This document shows positions 9,218 through 20,670 of a stretch of DNA of 64,000 bases, piece after piece. Under the pieces are notes generated by a model that saw only the letters and a list, made by a program, of their open reading frames with translations, was not told the origin of the DNA and searched no databases. The stretch comes from Minisyncoccota bacterium (lineage in GTDB: Bacteria > Patescibacteriota > Minisyncoccia > Phycocordibacterales > UBA5272): contig JAGOQU010000001.1 of assembly GCA_018063165.1 (NCBI GenBank), positions 35,809 to 99,808 on the forward strand. The letters run 5' to 3'. Position numbers and translations under genes: made by a program. The first letter of the stretch is position 1, and each line of letters opens with the position of its first letter.

Positions 9218-9979
9218 ATGCAAGGACACATACACCCAATTAATTTAGCAATTTTACAAATTACAGATATTTTTTCAAAGATGGGTTTTAATACAGTGGA
9301 TGGTCCAGAACTTGAAAATGAGTGGTATAATTTTGACGCACTGAATGTTCCTAAAGATCATCCTTCGCGTGATATGCAAGATACATTTTGGATTAAAGAT
9401 AAGAAAGGTGTTGATAAATTTGGTGAGTCTATGGGGTATGTGCTTCGTACACAAACGAGTAATATGCAAATTCGTACAATGGAAAAACATGTTGCAGAAA
9501 ATTTACCTTATCCTATTGCTATATGCTGTCCTGGAAAAGTATTTCGTAATGAAGCAACAGACGCAACACATGAAGCTCAATTTTTTCAAGTAGAGATGCT
9601 GTATGTTGCTAAGGATGCATCACTTGCTATGATGATTGGTGTTATTGAAAAGTTTTGTTCTGATTTTTTTGGTGGCGAGCTTGTTGTTCGTCTTCGTTCA
9701 AGTTATTTTCCTTTTGTGGAACCAGGTAATGAGATAGATATGCAATGTTTTAAATGTAAAGGAAATGGTTGTAATATTTGTAAACAAACAGGATGGATAG
9801 AACTTGGTGGTGCGGGTATGGTTCATCCAAAAGTTCTTGAAGCTGGAGGTATTAATCCTCGAGAATATAAAGGCTTTGCATTTGGTTGGGGAATAGACAG
9901 GATGGTGATGCTTAAATATAGTGTTGATGATGTCAGACTTCTTTATAACGGTGACCTACGTGTAGTAAATCAATTTTAA
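9218..9979 (+). CDS. pheS: phenylalanine--tRNA ligase alpha subunit (core only, with a CxxC-x4-CxxC insert)
   Basis: Class II aaRS motifs: [49 protein letters not shown]. Confidence 0.85.
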   Translation: MQGHIHPINLAILQITDIFSKMGFNTVDGPELENEWYNFDALNVPKDHPSRDMQDTFWIKDKKGVDKFGESMGYVLRTQTSNMQIRTMEKHVAENLPYPIAICCPGKVFRNEATDATHEAQFFQVEMLYVAKDASLAMMIGVIEKFCSDFFGGELVVRLRSSYFPFVEPGNEIDMQCFKCKGNGCNICKQTGWIELGGAGMVHPKVLEAGGINPREYKGFAFGWGIDRMVMLKYSVDDVRLLYNGDLRVVNQF

Positions 9980-10013
9980 GGAGAAAGTAGAATAACGAAT
10001 AAAGAAATAAGTT

Positions 10014-10370
10014 ATGGCAGAAAGTTATAAACATTTAGAAGTTTGGAAGGATGCAGTTATATTGGCGGAGAGTATTTATTTGATTACTAAAAAGTATCCA
10101 AAAGAGGAAACTTTTAACTGTGTTACTCAGTTACGTAGAGCTGTAGTTTCGGTCTCGTCAAATATTGCTGAAGGATCAAGTAGAAAATCAAAAAAAGATT
10201 TTTCTCGTTTTATAGAAATAGCAAGAGGCTCGTTATATGAAATAGAAAGTCTTATTGAAATTAGTTTAAAATTAGAATATATTACTGTAGAGACATATAC
10301 TCATTTAACAGAAGATATAAACAAATTAGGTGGCAAATTAGGAGCGTTTTATAATTATCTACAAAAATAA
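10014..10370 (+). CDS. four-helix-bundle protein (23S rRNA intervening-sequence protein / Avd-like family)
   Basis: Characteristic sequence KHLEVWKDAVILAESIYLITKKYPKEE...QLRRAVVSVSSNIAEGSSRKSKKDFSRFIEIARGSLYEIESLIEIS. Lies between pheS and pheT. Confidence 0.8.
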   Translation: MAESYKHLEVWKDAVILAESIYLITKKYPKEETFNCVTQLRRAVVSVSSNIAEGSSRKSKKDFSRFIEIARGSLYEIESLIEISLKLEYITVETYTHLTEDINKLGGKLGAFYNYLQK

Positions 10371-10404
10371 CTTTATTCATTACTCTACTTACTACATACA
10401 CTTT

Positions 10405-12786
10405 ATGAAATTTTCAAAAAATTGGTTACAAGATTATATAGATGAGACACTTCCTTCTAATGAAGTAATTGCAGATACACTTAACAAAAAAGCGTTTGAA
10501 GTTGAAGAAGTTATTACCCTTGATGACGATACTGTTTTTGATATTAAAATACTTCCTAACCGTGCACATGACGCTCTTGGTCATCATGGTATGGCGTATG
10601 AACTTTGTTCATGTTTTGGTTTTACATTTAAGCCTGATATTCGTGATAAAGAAAATGATACTTTTTTAAATAAACATATCCCTACTGTTGTTATTAATAT
10701 TGAAAATGAAAAAGCGTGTACGAGATTTATGTCTGTGCAGATAGATGGAGTAACCGTTGGCGAAAGTCCTGTGTGGTTACGAAAAAGACTAGAAGCAATA
10801 GGTCAGCGTAGTATTAATAATATTGTTGATATTACTAACTATGTACAGTTTGCACTTAATAAGCCGATGCACGCATATGATGCAAGACGTATACAAGGTG
10901 GTTTAATTGCGCGCTTCGCGCGTGCTTCCGAGTCTCTTATGACACTAGACGATAAGTCGATCGTGCTCGATGAACAAACTCTTGTAATAGCAGATGATGA
11001 AAAGGTGCTTGGTCTTGCAGGAATAAAAGGGGGGAAGTTTAGTGGAATACAAGCAGATACTACGAGTGTTATACTTGAGAGTGCTAATTTTGATCCAGTA
11101 CTTATACGAAAGACTGCACAAAAATATAATCTTAAAACAGATGCATCGAAGCGTTTTGAAAATGGTATAGCTAATAATCTTATTGTTGAAGGTCTTCATA
11201 TGACTGCCAATCTTATACAAGAAGTTTGTAAAGAGGCAAAAAGAGGTCTTGTTACGGATGTATATCCAAAAAAAGACACCCCATACTTTGTTGGTATTTC
11301 TAAGAATGAATTAAATGCAATTCTTGGAACATCATACACAGATGAGGATATACAAAAAACACTTGTGCAACTTTCACTGCCATTTGAAATTATTATTCCA
11401 GAAACATACATTAAGGAAACGTATCCAACACTTGTAGGAGCTGGCTATAAAAACCCATCATCAATGCGAGAAGATGCGCCTAGGGTGTTTAGCTGTTCTT
11501 CGTTAATAAGTTATCTATATAAAGGTATCTGGATGCCAAGTGTCTCTATTGATAAATATGTTTTTTCAAAAAAAATCTCAAAAGAAGAATTACAATTTGG
11601 TGATCTTGTTTTTGCTAATTCAGGTGAAGGAAAAATACGTTATGAATCAGTAGAATTTTTGAGAGGTACAAAAGTGCCAGAAGGTGTTGATCATGTGGCT
11701 ATGTATATAGGTGACAATACAATATTGCACGCAACTAAAATAAAAGAAATGACACTGGTGGAGTCGTTTGAAGAGTTTGCGGCAGGTCGTACTATTGTTG
11801 GATATGGAAGGATAGTAGAAGATTTAAAAGAAGAGAGATATGTTGTTCGTGTACCGTCGGTACGTCTTGATATTCGTATAAAAGAAGATGTAGCAGAAGA
11901 GATAGGTAGAATACTTGGATATGAAAAATTAGTTCCTGTGTTACCACGTCTTAATCATGTAGGTCTTCTTCATAAGAGAATGTATTATGAAAATAAGATA
12001 CGGGAGATATTAGTTGAAAATGAGTTTTCAGAAGTTATTACGTACACATTTGGCAATGAAGGTGATGTTGCAATTGTGAAAGGGTTAGCTGATGATAAAG
12101 AAAAATTACGTAATTCACTTAGTAAAGGATTGCTTTCGTCACTGGCACTTAATCTCTATAATGCACCTCTTTTAGGACAAAAGACTATACAGCTTTTTGA
12201 GTTTGGTAATGTATTTACTATTGATCAGTATTCAGGAGATAAACGTACCAGTGTAGAAAAAAGATATTTTGGTCTTGCTATAGACGATGGAGCAAAGAAA
12301 AGTAGTTTTACAGAAAATGTTGAAATGATGCTTTCTGCAGTTAAGCGAGCTCTTGGTGTAAAAGAAATAGAGTACACTACTATTTCAGCTAAGCCGTATG
12401 TTATTGAACTTGATTTTGATACACTGATAGCACAATTACCTGAACCATCTGTATATGAAAAAGCTTCTTTCGTGTCTCTATCTCCTGTTAGTTACAAATC
12501 AGTATCGTCTTATCCGTTTATTACCCGTGATATTGCTGTGTGGGTACCTGATACTGTCACATGGGAAAGTATCTATACTATTTGCAATAAAGTGGGTAAT
12601 CCTCTTGCTCGTCGTATCGATCTTTTTGATACGTTTTCTAAGGAGATAGAAGGAGTAAAGAAAACTTCGTACGCGTTTCGTTTGGTATTCCAAAGTTATG
12701 AAAAGACACTTACTGATGAAGAAGTAAATGAGTATATGGAACCATATTATACATCTCTTAAAAAAGAAGGCTACGAAATACGATAA
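10405..12786 (+). CDS. pheT: phenylalanine--tRNA ligase beta subunit with an NlpC/P60-like insert in the B5 domain
   Basis: B3/B4 domain (HAYDARRIQGGLIARFA, GLAGIKGG). B5 domain (FVGISKNELNAILG...VRVPSVRLDI). Core (EEIGRILGYEKL). C-terminal FDX-ACB (FITRDIAVWVP...AFRLVFQS). Confidence 0.85.
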   Translation: MKFSKNWLQDYIDETLPSNEVIADTLNKKAFEVEEVITLDDDTVFDIKILPNRAHDALGHHGMAYELCSCFGFTFKPDIRDKENDTFLNKHIPTVVINIENEKACTRFMSVQIDGVTVGESPVWLRKRLEAIGQRSINNIVDITNYVQFALNKPMHAYDARRIQGGLIARFARASESLMTLDDKSIVLDEQTLVIADDEKVLGLAGIKGGKFSGIQADTTSVILESANFDPVLIRKTAQKYNLKTDASKRFENGIANNLIVEGLHMTANLIQEVCKEAKRGLVTDVYPKKDTPYFVGISKNELNAILGTSYTDEDIQKTLVQLSLPFEIIIPETYIKETYPTLVGAGYKNPSSMREDAPRVFSCSSLISYLYKGIWMPSVSIDKYVFSKKISKEELQFGDLVFANSGEGKIRYESVEFLRGTKVPEGVDHVAMYIGDNTILHATKIKEMTLVESFEEFAAGRTIVGYGRIVEDLKEERYVVRVPSVRLDIRIKEDVAEEIGRILGYEKLVPVLPRLNHVGLLHKRMYYENKIREILVENEFSEVITYTFGNEGDVAIVKGLADDKEKLRNSLSKGLLSSLALNLYNAPLLGQKTIQLFEFGNVFTIDQYSGDKRTSVEKRYFGLAIDDGAKKSSFTENVEMMLSAVKRALGVKEIEYTTISAKPYVIELDFDTLIAQLPEPSVYEKASFVSLSPVSYKSVSSYPFITRDIAVWVPDTVTWESIYTICNKVGNPLARRIDLFDTFSKEIEGVKKTSYAFRLVFQSYEKTLTDEEVNEYMEPYYTSLKKEGYEIR

Positions 12787-12826
12787 AACAAAATGCAAAC
12801 TGTAAACAGTTTGCATTTTGTTTTAT
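12785..12826 (+). terminator. perfect palindromic hairpin plus T-tract after pheT
   Basis: CAAAATGCAAACTG-TAAA-CAGTTTGCATTTTG followed by TTTTAT. Confidence 0.5.
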
Positions 12827-12850
12827 CTAGTTATGTACTACACTATATAT

Positions 12851-13390
12851 ATGAAATTATCCGTACCGTATTATTCTCAATTTCTAGACGCACCTGATAC
12901 ATTTTGGATGATACGTGCTTGTGGAGCTACTGCACTTAAGATGGTTGCAGAGTTTCATGGTAAAGAGCTTCCTTCTATTGTAGAACTATGTAATGAAGCA
13001 AAAGAAAAAGGTGGTTATGATATGCAAAACGGCTGGATACATGATTATATTGTTGCTAAGGCAAAATCACTTGATTTGTCAGCTCACAGAACAGAAAGAG
13101 ATGTTCCTATACTGGACGAAATTATATCATCGCTTGATGCTGGTAACCCTGTTATTGTTTCTGTTGAAAAGAGAGTTCTTGAACAAAAACGTTTTCATAT
13201 TATTGTAATTGTAGGATATGAAAAAGATGAGGAATTTGAATCTTCAGACCCTTATCACTTAACTCCGTCAAATTGTTTTTACTATCATGAACCAGAATCT
13301 ACAGATAGATATCGTGGAGCGTATAAAGTGTGTGATATGGAGACGTTTAAGGAATACTGGAGAGGAAAAGCGATATTTATCACAAAGTAA
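12851..13390 (+). CDS. peptidase C39-like (C39_2/BtrH-like papain-fold cysteine peptidase) domain protein
   Basis: VPYYSQ...WMIRACGATAL (Gln plus Cys motif) and later HIIVIVGYE (His motif). Start placed at the Met after the pheT terminator; the track start at 12818 overlaps the hairpin. Confidence 0.55.
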   Translation: MKLSVPYYSQFLDAPDTFWMIRACGATALKMVAEFHGKELPSIVELCNEAKEKGGYDMQNGWIHDYIVAKAKSLDLSAHRTERDVPILDEIISSLDAGNPVIVSVEKRVLEQKRFHIIVIVGYEKDEEFESSDPYHLTPSNCFYYHEPESTDRYRGAYKVCDMETFKEYWRGKAIFITK

Positions 13391-13411
13391 CTCGTGTGTT
13401 AGAATGTGTAG

Positions 13412-14686
13412 ATGAAACTGTCTGAATACACACATGTGCATTGTATTGGTATTGGGGGTATTGGTATTTCTGCCATAGCAAGGTACTGTAAAAGTAAGGG
13501 TGCTGTTGTTACTGGTTCAGATGGAGGCACTTCTCGCATTACAGATGATTTACAAAAAGAGGGGATGACAGTGTATAAGGGGCATGATGTGAATAATCTT
13601 TCAGAAACTATTGATCTTGTTATCTATACTATTGCAGTTACAGATACTAATGTAGAATTAAAAAATGCTCGAGCAAAAGGTATTACATGTATGACATATC
13701 CAGAGGCGCTTGGTATGCTCACGAAAGAATACACAACAATAGCAGTGTGTGGTACTCATGGTAAGACGACAACAACAGCAATGGTTGCGAGTATGCTAAC
13801 ATCTGCAGGAAAAAAGCCAACAGTGATAGTTGGTAGCCTTCTTGCTGGAAACGGAACAAATTTTGTAGAAGGTGATAGTGATTATTTAGTGGTAGAAGCG
13901 TGTGAATATAAACGTTCATTTCTTAACCTTCATCCAATACATATACTTGTAACCAATATTGATGAAGACCATCTTGATTATTATAAAGATATATATGATA
14001 TTGAAAGTGCGTTTCAAGAATTTACAGATAAGCTTCCTAAAGAAGGAACTCTTATTACTCACAGTGATGTAAATCTGTCTACGTTGGCAAGGAAAATAAA
14101 TGCAGATACGTTTGATAAAGAAACAATAGAATTATCTGTTCTTGGTGATCATAACAAACAAAATGCACAGCTCGCGCTCGCGCTCGCTGACGCTTTAGGG
14201 TTAGACCATACCAAGGCGAGGGAAGGACTCCGCGCATTCACTGGTACATGGCGTAGACTTGAATATAAAGGAACTCAAAAAGGGGCTATTGTATATGATG
14301 ACTATGGACACCATCCAACAGAGATACAAGCGACTCTACAAGCACTTCGTGAAAAATATATTTCTGGAAAGTTTAAATTAATTGTTGTGTTTCAACCGCA
14401 TCTTTTTTCTCGTACTAAGCTATTACTCAAAGAATTTTCGGAAGCTTTTTCTCTAGCTGATACAATTTGTATTCTTCCAATTTATAAAGCGCGTGAGGTT
14501 GATGATGGTACTATATCATCGCATGACTTGGTGGAGATAACCGACAATGCTATATATATGGAGACCTTTGAAGAGGTGAAGAAGTATCTTGATAAGAATG
14601 CTCACAGTGGCTCAGTAGTTCTTACTATCGGCGCAGGGGATGTATATCTTCTGTCGGATATATTTATAACTGAGGAACAGAAATAA
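13412..14686 (+). CDS. murC: UDP-N-acetylmuramate--L-alanine ligase
   Basis: HCIGIGGIGISAIA, GSDGG, AVCGTHGKTTTTAMVA. Mur ligase middle and C-terminal domains. Confidence 0.85.
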   Translation: MKLSEYTHVHCIGIGGIGISAIARYCKSKGAVVTGSDGGTSRITDDLQKEGMTVYKGHDVNNLSETIDLVIYTIAVTDTNVELKNARAKGITCMTYPEALGMLTKEYTTIAVCGTHGKTTTTAMVASMLTSAGKKPTVIVGSLLAGNGTNFVEGDSDYLVVEACEYKRSFLNLHPIHILVTNIDEDHLDYYKDIYDIESAFQEFTDKLPKEGTLITHSDVNLSTLARKINADTFDKETIELSVLGDHNKQNAQLALALADALGLDHTKAREGLRAFTGTWRRLEYKGTQKGAIVYDDYGHHPTEIQATLQALREKYISGKFKLIVVFQPHLFSRTKLLLKEFSEAFSLADTICILPIYKAREVDDGTISSHDLVEITDNAIYMETFEEVKKYLDKNAHSGSVVLTIGAGDVYLLSDIFITEEQK

Positions 14687-14702
14687 TTATTATACTTAAA
14701 CT

Positions 14703-15167
14703 ATGCAAAACTTTCGAGAAAAATACGCGTATAAAGTGAGTCTATATTTATTACTAATTACAATAGCTGTCCCCGTTCTGAACGCGATTCCATATTTTAT
14801 TTCAGGTGTAGATATTTTTGTATTTCCTGTAAATATTATTTATTTTATTTGTGCACTTATTTTTTCTAGTTCAGTTCTTTTACGTATTTACTCAAAAGAG
14901 GTTTCGAAACGTTGGGTGGACGTATACATGTTTCTCGCTGGAGCAATTACTTTTTTACTAAGTAAATATCCTGCGGCGTTATTTATTTTTTGCGGATCTT
15001 CATTTCAAGATTGGGGTTTATATAGTTATGATTGTCCAGGGCCAGATATATTTTATCTACTTTTGATACACAAAAAATCACCTTTCTTATTTTTTATACT
15101 GACCAGTATGGCAAGTATTGTAATTTTAATTAAATTAAGAAAAAGAGAAAATATAATTACTCAATAA
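14703..15167 (+). CDS. hypothetical polytopic membrane protein
   Basis: Four hydrophobic helices; lies between murC and murD. Confidence 0.4.
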   Translation: MQNFREKYAYKVSLYLLLITIAVPVLNAIPYFISGVDIFVFPVNIIYFICALIFSSSVLLRIYSKEVSKRWVDVYMFLAGAITFLLSKYPAALFIFCGSSFQDWGLYSYDCPGPDIFYLLLIHKKSPFLFFILTSMASIVILIKLRKRENIITQ

Positions 15168-15169
15168 TC

Positions 15170-16501
15170 ATGATCAAAGAAATTTATTTACCATATTTTG
15201 AAAATAAGAAAGTTACTGTTATGGGGCTTGGGCTTCTTGGTCGTGGCATAGGAGATACTGCGTTCTTGGCACAGAATGCAAGTGAGGTCACAGTGACGGA
15301 TAAGAAGACAAGCGAGCAACTCGTTTCTTCTCTCGATCTTCTTAAAGAATATACAAACATTACGTATGTATTAGGTGAACATAAATTTGAAGACTTCGAG
15401 AGTAAAGACTTCGTCCTTAAGGCAGCAGGGGTACCAATGGAGAGTGAGTATATAAAGCATGCGGAGACTTCAAAAGTTCCTGTATATATGTCAGCAGCAC
15501 TTGTATGTGACATTGTCATGAAGGAATTACCTAATACGGTAATTATCGGTGTTACAGGGACGAGAGGAAAAAGTACAACAACAGAAATGATTGCTCACAT
15601 TCTAAGAGAGAATGGTTCACATGTGCATCTTGGGGGGAATATTCGTGGTGTAGCGAATCTACCACTCTTGGATGTGATAGAGGACGGAGACTTCCTTGTG
15701 CTTGAGCTCGACTCATGGCAACTTCAAGGGTTCGGTGACATGAAGATAAGTCCGCACATCGCTGTATTCACAAGTTTCATGGATGATCATATGAATTATT
15801 ATAAAAATGATAAAGAACTTTATTTTAATGATAAGGCGAAGATATATCGTAATCAACATGATGGCGATATATTAATCGCGAGTGCTCAGGCAAGCAGTGA
15901 AATTATTATGCGAGGGGAGAGGGTCGCACTTTCTGTGCCGGAACAGCAACATTTCGACATGAAGTTAATCGGTGAGCATAATCAAGTATCTGCTGGTCTT
16001 GCATACGATGCATGCATTCAGTGTGGACTAGATGACGAGAGTATTAGGGCGTCCATCGCAAGCTTCAGTGCGGCACATGGTCGTCTCGAGGATATGGGGT
16101 TATTTAAAAACAATGTAAGAGTTTTTAATGATAACAATGGCACAACAGAAGACGCTACAGTAACTGCTCTTAATGCTATCGTAGAGACATATAAGAAAAA
16201 GCCGATTTTGATTGTTGGTGGCGCTGATAAATTTTTACCGATAGATACACTTGAAAAAACAATTGAAGAAAAGACAAAAGCAGTTGTCTACCTTTCAGGA
16301 ACAGGTACAGACAGAATAACTCTTCCAAAAGAAAATGAATTCGAGAAGTTAGAAGACTGTATAGAAAAAGCTTTTGAGCTAGCAGAAGAAGGAGATATAA
16401 TTCTCTTTTCCCCAGCATTCGCATCATTTTCAAAGTATTTTAATAATGAATACGAGAGGAATGATTTATTTGTGAAAGAGGTTGTGAAATATTCTTTTTA
16501 A
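15170..16501 (+). CDS. murD: UDP-N-acetylmuramoylalanine--D-glutamate ligase
   Basis: VTVMGLGLLGRGIG, IGVTGTRGKSTTTEMIAHIL, LELDSWQLQG. Mur ligase architecture. Confidence 0.8.
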   Translation: MIKEIYLPYFENKKVTVMGLGLLGRGIGDTAFLAQNASEVTVTDKKTSEQLVSSLDLLKEYTNITYVLGEHKFEDFESKDFVLKAAGVPMESEYIKHAETSKVPVYMSAALVCDIVMKELPNTVIIGVTGTRGKSTTTEMIAHILRENGSHVHLGGNIRGVANLPLLDVIEDGDFLVLELDSWQLQGFGDMKISPHIAVFTSFMDDHMNYYKNDKELYFNDKAKIYRNQHDGDILIASAQASSEIIMRGERVALSVPEQQHFDMKLIGEHNQVSAGLAYDACIQCGLDDESIRASIASFSAAHGRLEDMGLFKNNVRVFNDNNGTTEDATVTALNAIVETYKKKPILIVGGADKFLPIDTLEKTIEEKTKAVVYLSGTGTDRITLPKENEFEKLEDCIEKAFELAEEGDIILFSPAFASFSKYFNNEYERNDLFVKEVVKYSF

Positions 16502-16516
16502 TATATACTTAGAGTT

Positions 16517-16891
16517 ATGGAGAATAATAAACAAAATAAAATAGAAAGCATTAGTCAAGGTGAATTAGCAGATTTTATCGTTGTTTACGATAAGTGGAAA
16601 AATTATTCAAATGTTCTTAATGAAGCTGACCATGATCTTCCACCAGATATCCGTTTAGTTCGTGGTTCAAGTGACCCTCAGTATGTAGATGCAAATCGTC
16701 AGATTCTTCCTGCTGCTGCTGAGATTAATAAATTTATTTCCGAATTGGGTAAAGAAAGGCTCGTTGCCGCATTAAAAGGTGCTGGGCGTATGGATGCAGT
16801 AGATACAATTAATTTGTTTACTCAAACATTTGATGTCCAACCTAAAAAAGTAACAAGCAGATTTGAAAAGTTTAAAAAGCTTTTTGATTAA
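16517..16891 (+). CDS. hypothetical protein
   Basis: ORF with no recognised motifs. Confidence 0.35.
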   Translation: MENNKQNKIESISQGELADFIVVYDKWKNYSNVLNEADHDLPPDIRLVRGSSDPQYVDANRQILPAAAEINKFISELGKERLVAALKGAGRMDAVDTINLFTQTFDVQPKKVTSRFEKFKKLFD

Positions 16892-16983
16892 TTAAATTAA
16901 CTTATTTATAAAATATAGCCAAAAATCTCTTTTAAAATAAGGCTAAAAATGCCACTTTTCCACTTTCTTTTGCAACCTAAAAA

Positions 16984-16992
16984 TGCTATAAT
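16984..16992 (+). promoter_or_regulatory. extended -10 element (TGcTATAAT) upstream of gyrB
   Basis: TGCTATAAT about 35 nt upstream of the gyrB ATG in AT-rich intergenic DNA. Confidence 0.3.
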
Positions 16993-16996
16993 TTAG

Positions 16997-19129
<2,133 letters not shown>

Positions 19130-19189
19130 TCTGTTTTGTGATATAATAAAGTATAGATAACAGTAATTATTTTTTGTTAAAAGGAGTTA

Positions 19190-19471
19190 GTGATGGATGA
19201 TTCTTTACCTGTTTCTTCTAATAAAAGAGTTTTAATTTCTATTTCTGGAGATTTTGACGGAAGTGTTATAAGAGAGATCAAGGTTTTACGAAATGTTGGT
19301 TTATTAACAGGAAATATTTCTATTGTAAGTGTTGACAGTGTCATTCATTCACCGGAACAGACACAGAAATATTTTGATGGTTCTGATAAAGGTTATATTT
19401 CACCTGGAGAAAAAGTATTCATCGTTGATGATTTTCATGTTGTTACTTGTCCAGATCTTTCTTCTTATTAA
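19190..19471 (+). CDS. hypothetical small protein
   Basis: AAGGAG RBS upstream; no family recognised. Confidence 0.35.
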   Translation: MMDDSLPVSSNKRVLISISGDFDGSVIREIKVLRNVGLLTGNISIVSVDSVIHSPEQTQKYFDGSDKGYISPGEKVFIVDDFHVVTCPDLSSY

Positions 19472-19554
19472 ATAAAAATTATTATTTGTTTTTGATAATA
19501 CTACATCGTATCATTGTATGTAATACGATGTATATATTTATATAAGGAGTTTCT

Positions 19555-20064
19555 ATGGATTCTATTCTTGTTCCTTATGCATTTGTTTCAGGGGTTTATG
19601 AAGTTGACCGTCTCATGAAAATGTATATTAAGTATCTTTTTTCTACAAAAACAGAAAAAAATATTTTAATACAACAATATGATTCACATATTGTTGCTAG
19701 AGCGTTTGAAACTTTATTTAACGAAACTTTTTATTGTGTTTCTGGATACTATGTTTCTGCTAAAATGGAAGAAATAAGTTTTAACGATCTACATGAAAAA
19801 GATTTTTCACATAGATCTCAGGTACATTCATGGTTAGTGTTTAAAGGGAATCCACACTTTGTTGTAGATGTTATTCCTGTAGATGGTGTTTTTGGTTTAA
19901 CTCCAGTTATACCTTTTTTTCTGAATAATAATTCCTACGGATATATTTCTTCTGAAAGTAAAGATTTACCGCATTGGGATACACATCAAAAACAAAAAAT
20001 GGAAAAAGATGTAAAAGACTTTGTTAATATACTTAACAATCTAAGAACAGAAGCACTCTTTTAG
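19555..20064 (+). CDS. hypothetical protein, tandem paralog A
   Basis: AAGGAG RBS. Shares HxWL...VVDVIPVDGVFG block with the next gene. Confidence 0.45.
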   Translation: MDSILVPYAFVSGVYEVDRLMKMYIKYLFSTKTEKNILIQQYDSHIVARAFETLFNETFYCVSGYYVSAKMEEISFNDLHEKDFSHRSQVHSWLVFKGNPHFVVDVIPVDGVFGLTPVIPFFLNNNSYGYISSESKDLPHWDTHQKQKMEKDVKDFVNILNNLRTEALF

Positions 20065-20076
20065 GGTGCTTTTTTC
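20051..20076 (+). terminator. candidate hairpin plus T-tract overlapping the stop of paralog A
   Basis: AAGCACTC-TTTTA-GGGTGCTT followed by TTTTC. Confidence 0.3.
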
Positions 20077-20144
20077 ATGTCTTTTTATTTTGGTAAAAAA
20101 AGAGTAGTATAGAGTGAGTTCTTTCTGTTATTAAGGAGAATATA

Positions 20145-20639
20145 TTGGAAACAAATACACCTCTTAGGTTACTTGTTTTTTCTCAGAAAAGACTTGAAGT
20201 TTCTATGTTGTATGATTTATATTGCCAGTATATACGTTATAAAATAGCAATAGAAGAGACCTACGCTATTCCTGACAGCTTTTTACTTACAACAGCATTT
20301 TCTCTTGTTTTTCCAGAGTTAAAACTTAGTTCTGGATATGTATCATTTATTGTTGATATTAATTTTGAGAATAAGATAATTGCCTTAAAAAGATTGCCGC
20401 ATCATTGGTTAACATGGGAAGATGAAAATCATATTATTGATGTATTACCTGTTGATGGAATGTTTGGTGTAAGTGTACCTCAGGCTGTATTGCAAAATTA
20501 CGGTAATAAAAGATTTTTTCTTACAAAAAATTTATTTCCAAAAGAGTGGAGCGCTAAACAAAAAGTTGATTTTGAAAATAAAGCAGAAGAACTTTCTGTG
20601 ATTTTGCAAGATATTATGTCAAAATCTATGCAATACTAA
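20145..20639 (+). CDS. hypothetical protein, tandem paralog B (TTG start per ORF track)
   Basis: AAGGAGA RBS 6 nt upstream of TTG. Shares HHWL...IIDVLPVDGMFG block with paralog A. Confidence 0.45.
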   Translation: METNTPLRLLVFSQKRLEVSMLYDLYCQYIRYKIAIEETYAIPDSFLLTTAFSLVFPELKLSSGYVSFIVDINFENKIIALKRLPHHWLTWEDENHIIDVLPVDGMFGVSVPQAVLQNYGNKRFFLTKNLFPKEWSAKQKVDFENKAEELSVILQDIMSKSMQY

Positions 20640-20668
20640 AAAGCGCCTCGTTAGAGGCGCTTTTTTCT
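20639..20668. terminator. bidirectional intrinsic terminator between convergent genes
   Basis: A-run, GCGCCTC-GTTA-GAGGCGC, T-run. Flanked by convergent stop codons (20639 and 20671). Confidence 0.55.
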
Positions 20669-20670
20669 TT

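Noticed and set aside
12818-12850. Upstream start (12818) for the C39-like gene from the ORF track
   Set aside because: Would place the start codon inside the pheT terminator hairpin; the downstream Met is more plausible.
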